Origin: Myxococcota bacterium
GTDB lineage: Bacteria; Myxococcota; Kuafuiibacteriia; Kuafuiibacteriales; Kuafuiibacteriaceae
Reading direction: 5' to 3'
Length of the DNA stretch: 64,000 bases
Assembly (NCBI GenBank): GCA_039024635.1
Contig: JBCCQA010000005.1
Location: 103,729 to 167,728, forward strand
Shown here piece after piece: positions 48,123-56,103 of the stretch; the first letter of the stretch is position 1, and each line of letters opens with the position of its first letter. Under the pieces are notes generated by a model that was not told where the DNA came from, did no database searches, and was given only the letters and a program-made list of their open reading frames with translations. A program made the translations under genes and the position numbers.

Positions 48123-50669
48123 TCATTGGAGGCGAATCGGCACCTGGAACTCGTAGCCGTTGCCTTCGGCGTCGACGATCTCGATCTGCCAGTTCAGCAG
48201 GTAGGTCGCGACCATCGGATCGATGTCCAAGGGGTCGCCCATGTTGTTGAAGAAATTCCGGCTGATCACGTGGGCGAAGTGCATGTGGGTGATGCCGTCG
48301 TATGCCGTTCCGGTGGTCTGGAAGCCCGGGTAGGTCTGAGGGTTTCGGTCGTCGCCGCCGGGGGAGTTCTCGTCCCAAACGGTGTCGACCGAGGGCAGTG
48401 CCGTCTCGAGAAGCTGAACCTCGGTCGAGAAAGGAAGGACGGCGTTGGGAATGATCGGGCCGGTCGCGTTGCCGGTCACCAAGTCGTAGTCCTCGGCCGT
48501 CCCGTTCACCGTGTTCGCGGTCGAGGGGACCACGGAGTAGGTCAGGAGGAAGCCGTCGCCATCCGTACCCGGTTCGCCGATGGCGCTCCTCGGGTACTGA
48601 ACTTGATTGGTCGACGCGCCGATCACGGCGAGCGAAGGTGAGACCGCGTTCGCGTAGTCGACCACGTGGGGCCGCCGGGGCGCGAAGATCCCGGAGAACA
48701 CGCCGTTGGTGAAGCGACCGTTGAACCAAGTCACGATGTCCGTCGCCAGCACGTGGTTGGGGTGAAGGTACTGAAGCGTCGCGATGACCGGGACCACGGG
48801 ACCGTTGTCGGCCGTCGTGATCTGGGAGATGTTAACGTTCACGACGTTCCAGACGGGTAGTCCGTTCTGGGCCGGGGGCACGAAGCTCTCCGGGTCACCG
48901 TCGTCGTCGAATCGGTCGACGATGAGCTGGTAGTTTCCAGAGGCCCCGCTCACCGCGATGTAGTAGCGGCCCGCCGCCAGGTTGGTCAGACCGGCGTCCC
49001 GGCCGGCTCGCAGCTCGGCGCACTCGGTGTCTACGTCGGGGGGCGGGTTCATGAGAACGTCGATGAGGTCCTGGACCGTTTCACCGCTGTTCTCGGTCTG
49101 AAGGGCGCTCACCGCTACGCCGCTGGCGTCAAAGAGCTGAAGCGAGGTGTCCAGGCCGCAGCGGATCTCCAGGTTCAGCGGGTCATAGGTCGAGGCGCCG
49201 GCGACGGCGAAGAGGCTCTGGCCCTCGGAGACGTCGAATCCGAACCAGTCTACATCGTTGATGGTCGAAAGGTTGCCTCGGACCGAAAGGCCATTGGCCT
49301 GGATGAGGTTGGCTGTCTCCGGCGTATCATTGCCATCCGGACCCTCGGGCTCATTGAAGCTAGGCTCAACAGAGACATCCCTACGCTGCTGCTCCCCTTC
49401 GAGTACGACCCCGTCCATGGTGCCATCGTTCGTGACGATCGCGTTGAGCCGGAAGTCGGTGGGGGACGTGCCATTTGAAGCCTCCACCTCAACGAGCACA
49501 TTGCTGGCCTGGACGCTGGTCGGCGCGCCCAGGACCGGCGTGAAGGTCCCACCATCGCCGGGCCGGCGGACTTCGAGGCGGACGAAGCTCGCGTCAGAGC
49601 TGACGTCCCAGGCGATCTCCGTGGTGACCGAGCCCTGCCAGAAGTCGTCCGGGGTCACCGTGAAGCTGTTGATCATGGGCACGGCCACGCCCAGCACGGT
49701 GATGTCCATCTCTACGGGGTCGGTCTGGAGGGGCCGGTTGGTGTTGAAGACCCGCAGCGTGACGGTGTGCTCGGCGTTGATCACCTCTCCGCCGGAGCAG
49801 TTCTGGTTGATCACCATGCCCGTTTCGTCGGCGAAGCCGTTGATGCCGGTGCAGGGGACGTCATCGAAGAAGAGCTGGTAGCCGTCCGCGTTACGAGCCG
49901 TGAAGTTGTAGATGGGACGGTCGCCGAAGAAGAAAGTGTTGGTCGGGCCCGAAACCTCGAAGAGCTCGATGACGGGATCCGCGACCTCCACGTCGACCGT
50001 CACCGCCGCGGTTGCCGAGGTGCCGCTGCCCGATGCGCGGATGGTGTAGGTCTTGGTGTCGACGCCTTCAACGGCGTCTTCGGGGTTGCCCACCGCCCGG
50101 ACCATGACGCTGGACATGGAAAGCGTGGCGGGGTCGATCGGTACGTCCTGTCCGTCGCGGAGGGTGCTCATGTCCTCGTCGAAGATCTCGACCGAGTCGA
50201 TCATGGCTACGCCGGCGATCTCGTAGGTCAAGGTGATGACGTCGCCCGAGGTTACCAGGGCCTGGTTGCTGGTGAAGGACACGATCTGAATGCCGTTGAT
50301 GTCGTTGGCCGTGACTTCGGCCGTGTCCGACACGGTCCCGTTGGCGTTGACGGCAGTGAGGGTGAATACCGTCGGCGCCGTTACCGCGTTGGACATCCTG
50401 CTTCCCATGAACTCGGTGACCCCGAGGTCGGTGTCGCCCTGCTCGATCGAGATGCTGTCGGCGCCGCTCACGGACCAATTCAGGGTCACCGTGCTCCCAG
50501 AATCGATGGGGAGCCCGCTTAACGCGAAGCTGTTGATGACGGGGGGGTTGGTCCCTACGCCGTTACCGTTCCCATTGGTTTCGCCATTGTTGGTGTCGCC
50601 CTCGGAGCCGCAGGCGGCGACGAGCGCGAGGCCCAGGGGGGCCATCCAGCGGAGTGTCTTGCTCTTCAT
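48123..50669 (-). CDS. Large surface lipoprotein with Ig-like repeats and a PPC (pre-peptidase C-terminal-type) domain
   Basis: Start refined to MKSKTLRWMAPLGLALVAACGSEG (lipobox). Repeated beta-rich Thr/Val/Ser modules. DVDWFGFDVSEGQSL matches the PPC D.DW..F signature. Confidence 0.55.
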   Translation of the reverse strand: MKSKTLRWMAPLGLALVAACGSEGDTNNGETNGNGNGVGTNPPVINSFALSGLPIDSGSTVTLNWSVSGADSISIEQGDTDLGVTEFMGSRMSNAVTAPTVFTLTAVNANGTVSDTAEVTANDINGIQIVSFTSNQALVTSGDVITLTYEIAGVAMIDSVEIFDEDMSTLRDGQDVPIDPATLSMSSVMVRAVGNPEDAVEGVDTKTYTIRASGSGTSATAAVTVDVEVADPVIELFEVSGPTNTFFFGDRPIYNFTARNADGYQLFFDDVPCTGINGFADETGMVINQNCSGGEVINAEHTVTLRVFNTNRPLQTDPVEMDITVLGVAVPMINSFTVTPDDFWQGSVTTEIAWDVSSDASFVRLEVRRPGDGGTFTPVLGAPTSVQASNVLVEVEASNGTSPTDFRLNAIVTNDGTMDGVVLEGEQQRRDVSVEPSFNEPEGPDGNDTPETANLIQANGLSVRGNLSTINDVDWFGFDVSEGQSLFAVAGASTYDPLNLEIRCGLDTSLQLFDASGVAVSALQTENSGETVQDLIDVLMNPPPDVDTECAELRAGRDAGLTNLAAGRYYIAVSGASGNYQLIVDRFDDDGDPESFVPPAQNGLPVWNVVNVNISQITTADNGPVVPVIATLQYLHPNHVLATDIVTWFNGRFTNGVFSGIFAPRRPHVVDYANAVSPSLAVIGASTNQVQYPRSAIGEPGTDGDGFLLTYSVVPSTANTVNGTAEDYDLVTGNATGPIIPNAVLPFSTEVQLLETALPSVDTVWDENSPGGDDRNPQTYPGFQTTGTAYDGITHMHFAHVISRNFFNNMGDPLDIDPMVATYLLNWQIEIVDAEGNGYEFQVPIRLQ

Positions 50670-50893
50670 CTTGATCCTTCTCTTTCGGCGCTTGGAGCGC
50701 CCAAGTCGTTCCCGTCCCGTGACGTCGGTGCGCTCGGCGGTCTCCCGCCAGAACGGCGTACGTCTGTGGGGGGGCTCACGGACTCCTGGCGCCCCTATAG
50801 CGCATCGGGGCCTCAGGAGCAGACGCAATTTTCCCCACTTGGCACCCAGAATGCCTTGCGAGGCTGGGGCTTTGCGCGCACCCTCCACGAGAA

Positions 50894-52498
50894 ATGCCGA
50901 AGTTCACCATGGATGGTCGTGAGCTCGAGGTCGAACCTGGACGGACCATCATCGAGGCGGCTTCCGACGCCGGCATCGCCATCCCTCATTACTGTTGGCA
51001 CCCGCGCCTTTCGATCGCGGCGAACTGCCGCATGTGCCTGGTCGAGGTTGAAAAAGCCCCCAAGCTTCTCCCCGCCTGCGAAATAGCCGTCCGGGACGGC
51101 ATGGTCGTCCATACGCGCTCGCCCAAGGTCCTGGAGGCAAGGGGCGCGGTGATGGAGTTCATGCTCATCAACCACCCCATCGACTGCCCGATTTGCGACC
51201 AGGCGGGGGAGTGCAAGCTCCAGGACTACTACATGGACCACGACCAGACCGGGACGCGCTTCGACGAGGTCAAGGTCGTGAAGAACAAGGCCGTTCCCCT
51301 CGGGCCTCTGGTGATGCTCGACGAGGAGCGCTGCATCAACTGCACCCGCTGCGTCCGCTTCATGGACGAGGTGGCGAAAAATCCCCAGCTGGGTCAGTTC
51401 GACCGGGGCGATCGGGCCGTCATCGGCACCTTTCCCGGCCAGCCGCTCGACGATCCCTACAGCCTGAACACCGTCGAGATCTGCCCCGTCGGGGCCCTCA
51501 CCAGCCGGGACTTCCGCTTCAAGGTTCGAAGCTGGTTCCTGAAGACCACCGACTCGGTCTGTTCGGGCTGTGCCCGGGGCTGCAACATTCGCCTCGACCA
51601 CTACAACGGCGAAGTGCAGCGCTACCGAGGCCGAGACAACGAGGCCGTCAACAAGGGCTGGCTCTGCGACGCCGGTCGCCTCTCCTACAAGCGCATCCAC
51701 GACCCTGAGACCCAGCTGACGGTCCCCCACCGCCGGGAGGCCGACGGGCGCTACGTCCCCATCTCGTGGGAGCAGGCCAAGGAAGAGCTGGCCAAGTGCC
51801 TCGACAGTGTGGCGGGGGACAAGCTGGGTCTGGCCGTCTCGCCGCAGGCGACCACCGAAGGCATCACGGCCTTCGTCCAGCTCATGCATGAGCAGCTTCG
51901 GGCTGAGACCTTTGCCATCTTGGGTCGCCCCAAGTGGGAGGGGGACCAGCTTCTGCGCTTGGCCGATCGCAACCCGAACCGGGCCGGGGCCGAGCTGGCC
52001 TTGGAGGCCTTCTCGGCCTTTGACGAAGGGCCCGCCAAGTTGGGGCAGGCCCTGGCCAACGGCCAGGTCGAGACCCTTGTCATGATGGGGAGCGACCACC
52101 CCCACGAAGGCGACGAAACTTGGCAGCAGGCGGTGGAGAAGGCGAACGTCGTGGTCTTCACCTCCAACTGGGATGCGACCTCTCTTCAGGCCGACCTCGT
52201 CATTCCCGTGACCAGCTTTGCCGAGCAGGACGGCACCTTCGTGAACGCCGACGCCCGGCTTCAGCGGGTACACCAAGCCATCAAGCCCATCAACGGGCGC
52301 AAGACCGAGGTCGAAGCGGCCACCTTCCTCGCCGATGCGGTGGGCGCGTCCGAGTTCAAGACCCGTAACTGGGTCACGGCCTTCAATGAGCTCAAGAAGC
52401 GGGTGCGTAACCTCGAAGACCTGAAGGCCACGAAGCTCTCCGAGGAGGGCGTCTCCTTGAGCGCCAGCGAGGCGCGCGAAGCCGTGGCGGTGAGCTGA
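50894..52498 (+). CDS. nuoG: NADH-quinone oxidoreductase subunit G (short form)
   Basis: N-terminal 2Fe-2S (CWHP...C..C) and 4Fe-4S motifs (HPIDCPICDQAGEC; CINCTRCVRF). It belongs to the 75-kDa subunit family but is only 534 aa. Confidence 0.8.
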   Translation: MPKFTMDGRELEVEPGRTIIEAASDAGIAIPHYCWHPRLSIAANCRMCLVEVEKAPKLLPACEIAVRDGMVVHTRSPKVLEARGAVMEFMLINHPIDCPICDQAGECKLQDYYMDHDQTGTRFDEVKVVKNKAVPLGPLVMLDEERCINCTRCVRFMDEVAKNPQLGQFDRGDRAVIGTFPGQPLDDPYSLNTVEICPVGALTSRDFRFKVRSWFLKTTDSVCSGCARGCNIRLDHYNGEVQRYRGRDNEAVNKGWLCDAGRLSYKRIHDPETQLTVPHRREADGRYVPISWEQAKEELAKCLDSVAGDKLGLAVSPQATTEGITAFVQLMHEQLRAETFAILGRPKWEGDQLLRLADRNPNRAGAELALEAFSAFDEGPAKLGQALANGQVETLVMMGSDHPHEGDETWQQAVEKANVVVFTSNWDATSLQADLVIPVTSFAEQDGTFVNADARLQRVHQAIKPINGRKTEVEAATFLADAVGASEFKTRNWVTAFNELKKRVRNLEDLKATKLSEEGVSLSASEAREAVAVS

Positions 52499-52510
52499 CG
52501 AGTACCAAGC

Positions 52511-53611
52511 ATGGAGACCTGGATCCCTGTCATCGCCCAGCTTGCCATGGTCGGCGTCGTCATCGGCCTGCTGCTCGGTCTGGCCGGACCCCTGACCTGG
52601 GCTGAGCGCCGCCAGTCGGCGATGATCCAGGACCGGGTGGGTCCCAACCGGGCCAACGTCTTCCTTTTCGGTCGGGAGTTCCGCCTGGCCGGTCTGCTTC
52701 ACCCGTTGGCCGACGCGATCAAGATGATCACCAAGGAGGATACGATCACCATTCGGGCCGATCGCTTTCTCTACAACCTGGCGCCGGTGGTGGCGCTGGT
52801 GCCGGCCCTGGTGACCTTTGCCGTCATTCCCATTGGCCCCGACATCGAGCTCTTCGGCCAGACCATCAAGCTGCAGGTGGCCCGTCTGGACGTAGGGATC
52901 CTGTTCATCCTCGCCATCAGCTCGCTCGCCGTCTTCGGCGTGACCCTGGCCGGCTACGCGTCGGGATCGAAGCTGGCCATGATGGGCGGGCTACGAGCAT
53001 CGGCCCAGATGGTGTCCTACGAGGTGACGATGGGCCTGGCCATCATGGGCCTGCCCCTCATCTTTGGGACCCTCGAGCCCTACGCCATGGTGGTGGCCCA
53101 GGGTGAGCTCATCGGGGGTTGGCTGCCGGCTTGGGGCATCTTCCTTCAGCCTTTGTCCTTCCTCCTGTTCCTGACCGCTGCCATGGCCGAGAACAAGCGC
53201 ATCCCCTTTGATCTGGCTGAAGGCGAATCCGAGATCGTCGGCTACTTCGTCGAGTACTCGGGCATGAAGTTCGGCATGTTCTTCATGGCGGAGTACGTCG
53301 AGGTCATCGTCATCGCGGGTATGGTGACAACCTTCTTCTTCGGTGGCTGGCAGGTGCCCTATCTGATGGACACGGGCTTCGCGTTTCCTGGCGGGGTCAG
53401 TCTGGCCGTGAACGAATGGCTGGTCACGCTGATGCGGATCGGCGCCTTCATGTTCAAGCTCGTCTTCTTTCTCTGGTTCCAGCTCATGGTGCGCTGGACC
53501 CTGCCCCGATTCCGCTACGACCAGGTGATGAAGCTGGGCTGGCGCCGACTTCTTCCCCTCAGCTTGGCCAACCTGGTGGTCACGGCTGCCGTAGTTTCTT
53601 GGATGAACTGA
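52511..53611 (+). CDS. nuoH: NADH-quinone oxidoreductase subunit H
   Basis: IQDRVGPNR signature, polytopic membrane protein, 366 aa. Confidence 0.9.
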   Translation: METWIPVIAQLAMVGVVIGLLLGLAGPLTWAERRQSAMIQDRVGPNRANVFLFGREFRLAGLLHPLADAIKMITKEDTITIRADRFLYNLAPVVALVPALVTFAVIPIGPDIELFGQTIKLQVARLDVGILFILAISSLAVFGVTLAGYASGSKLAMMGGLRASAQMVSYEVTMGLAIMGLPLIFGTLEPYAMVVAQGELIGGWLPAWGIFLQPLSFLLFLTAAMAENKRIPFDLAEGESEIVGYFVEYSGMKFGMFFMAEYVEVIVIAGMVTTFFFGGWQVPYLMDTGFAFPGGVSLAVNEWLVTLMRIGAFMFKLVFFLWFQLMVRWTLPRFRYDQVMKLGWRRLLPLSLANLVVTAAVVSWMN

Positions 53612-53612
53612 T

Positions 53613-54266
53613 ATGGACGCTCATCACGACACGACTCCCGAGCCCGCTTCGCCCACCATCGGCATCAAGAAGGTCTCGGGCCGACACGGAACCACCGAGA
53701 GCCTGTACGTGCCGGGAATCGCGGCCGGCCTGAAGACGACCATCAAGCATTTCTTCCAGAACATTCTGGGGACCAAGACCGAGTCCTACGTGAAGACGGT
53801 CCAGTACCCGGACGTGAAGATCGAGTATCCGGAGCGCTTTCGCGGCATGCACCGGTTGGTGCCTCGAGAAGACGGCAATCCGCGCTGCGTGGCCTGCTTC
53901 ATGTGCCAGACCGCCTGCCCGGCTCGATGCATTCACATCGTGGCCGGCGAAACCGATGACAGCGGCGTCGAGAAGTATCCGGTGATCTTCGAAATCGACG
54001 AGCTTAGATGCGTAGTCTGCGGTCTGTGCGTCGAAGCCTGTCCTTGTGACGCCATCCGAATGGACACCGGCATCCATCCCAAGCCGGTGTACGAGCGCCA
54101 CGACGCCGACTTCGGCAAGGCCGACCTCCTGGCCATCCTGGGCCGAGAAGAGCAGGGCAAAGCCGAGCGAGCCAAGAAGGCCCCCCCTGCCACCGCCGCC
54201 GGCACCGGCCGCGTCGATCGCTCTTCGGGCGATCGAGGGGCCGGCGGCCGCACTGGCGGGTACTAG
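53613..54266 (+). CDS. nuoI: NADH-quinone oxidoreductase subunit I (2x[4Fe-4S] ferredoxin)
   Basis: CVACFMCQTACP and CVVCGLCVEACP motifs. It follows nuoH after a 1-nt gap. Confidence 0.9.
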   Translation: MDAHHDTTPEPASPTIGIKKVSGRHGTTESLYVPGIAAGLKTTIKHFFQNILGTKTESYVKTVQYPDVKIEYPERFRGMHRLVPREDGNPRCVACFMCQTACPARCIHIVAGETDDSGVEKYPVIFEIDELRCVVCGLCVEACPCDAIRMDTGIHPKPVYERHDADFGKADLLAILGREEQGKAERAKKAPPATAAGTGRVDRSSGDRGAGGRTGGY

Positions 54267-54903
54267 CCCGAAGAGCTTCGTCCTTGGGGGCCCGGTCCGA
54301 GCGGAGCCCGGCCCACCCCTCTCCGCGCGCGGGTGCGCGCTCCGCGTCGCTTTGGCCTCTACGCGGCCTGCGCTCCTTGGCTCTTCTGGCGATCGACGCG
54401 CTGGCAGAAGGACAGCGGCTCCTGAGGAACACCAACCTCACCTCGCCGAAGTTTCCGTTGGAGTCGCTGGCAACCGGAAAGGCTCGGCTTGCAGTAGCCA
54501 GCGCATCACGCAGCCATCCGGTGCCGACTTTCGGGGAACTGCAGACTGACACGAGCGACATCCCGCTCTCCTGCGGCCGGAAAACTCAAACAGACTAGAC
54601 CGCCCTTGAAGAAAGCCCTCCGGGACCCAAGGCGCATTCGCACAAGGTGATCTCAATGGGTGAATGCAACACCTCGGGACTTCTCTCTTGGTCCTAAGCG
54701 CTTTTCGGTCGACGAGCTGATTGAGCTCTGGCGGCTCCGGAACCCTGGCCGGGACCCTCGATCCATCGGGGGCGTACCGGGCCGGCCATCGTGGTCGGCC
54801 TATGCCGTCATCGTGCGAGCAGACTCTGAGCAGGCAAGTAGCTTGGCCAAACCGCTCGCGCCGTAGAGGTGAGCGAACTCAATCGGCGGTCCTCGGGATG
54901 CCC

Positions 54904-55341
54904 CTAGCGTTGTTCTTGTTGCCAAGCAAAAAACTCGTCGTCGATCTCAACCACGGTTAGGTTCGGACTACGCGAGAACCGCCCGCCTCGTACCCTTACC
55001 TTCTGCATTGATTCAACTCTCATGGTGCGCAGGACGTCTATCGCATCTGGGTCTAATGTAGGACGGTCGCCCGAAGGAAGTCTGATCGCTCCTACGCTGC
55101 CCACCAGCCTTTGCTCGTCATCGCTTATGAATTGGAGAGAAATCCGGGTCATTAAAGGTTCAAAAATACTTAGCGTCTCTTCTTCTGTGCTTATGTATTC
55201 CACTCTCGCTGAGACCAAGTTTGAGCTGTGTGGCAAGAACACGGTCACTTGTCCCTCTGGCGTAGCTGCCCTGATCTCCCATCGAGGAGGCTCAGCCGCG
55301 TCCAGCCCACTCGAGTCGCTTGGGCCGCACTGGGTATTCAA
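54904..55341 (-). CDS. Hypothetical protein in a short low-GC islet
   Basis: 145 aa ORF. The surrounding approximately 54880-55300 is visibly more AT-rich than the rest of the window. Confidence 0.3.
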   Translation of the reverse strand: MNTQCGPSDSSGLDAAEPPRWEIRAATPEGQVTVFLPHSSNLVSARVEYISTEEETLSIFEPLMTRISLQFISDDEQRLVGSVGAIRLPSGDRPTLDPDAIDVLRTMRVESMQKVRVRGGRFSRSPNLTVVEIDDEFFAWQQEQR

Positions 55342-55360
55342 GGCTCCAACACCGACCTCC

Positions 55361-55853
55361 TCATCTGCGCGACGCGGCCGAACCGCCCAGCATCACATAG
55401 TTCAGCGGGCGACCGCTGTCGGTCACTCCGAACCAGAGCTGGTGACTGACCCGGGCGCCAACGATGATCTCGTGACGGTCGCCAAGGCGCGCCCCGACCA
55501 AGACCGGTACGTCATAGACGAGCTTGTCCGAGAAGAAGTAGCCGATGCCGGCCCCTATCGTGACATCCAACGTCGAAGGCCCCGTCGACGACTTGGTAGC
55601 GAAAGCCGGAACGAAAGCCACCCCAGCAGAGCTTTGCGTCGAGCGACAATCGGGGGACGAGGCCATAGGCCGCGGTCGCTTCGGCGCGAAGCAGCACCGT
55701 GATGCTCTCGTTGCTCGTGGCGCCGATGACCCCCATGGCACCGCCCACGCAGACTGGCCTTGCGCCGGGAGTCGGGCCCGACCCAGCGAAGAGTAGCTGC
55801 TGCAACCGCCGAGCGCAGCCGCCAGCACCGAGTGTTGGAACCGACGACTTCAT
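55361..55853 (-). pseudogene. Possible frameshifted small outer-membrane beta-barrel/lipoprotein gene
   Basis: Two overlapping minus-strand frames each carry half of a plausible protein. The N-terminal half is MKSSVPTLGAGGC..., a signal/lipobox. The C-terminal half has alternating hydrophobic beta-strand patterns ending ...NYVMLGGSAASRR. Confidence 0.25.
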
Positions 55854-56103
55854 CCTACTGTGCCGACTTTCTTCTGCGTCATCGCGGTCGACCCGTTCTC
55901 ATGAACACACTCGTGGTCCCCTCGACCTGAGTCCGTCAAAATGACGGGGATGGCACTCTCGCACCCCGAGGGGGACACACGGCTCTTCAGCGCACCGCGT
56001 CACCAGCTTGAGTCGAGGGGGTCATGAAGGTCGCGTGTCCCCAAACGATGGCGCGAGGTCGGATTCGGTGACGGAAGGCCGGGCTTCGCGGCACTCAGCG
56101 CCG

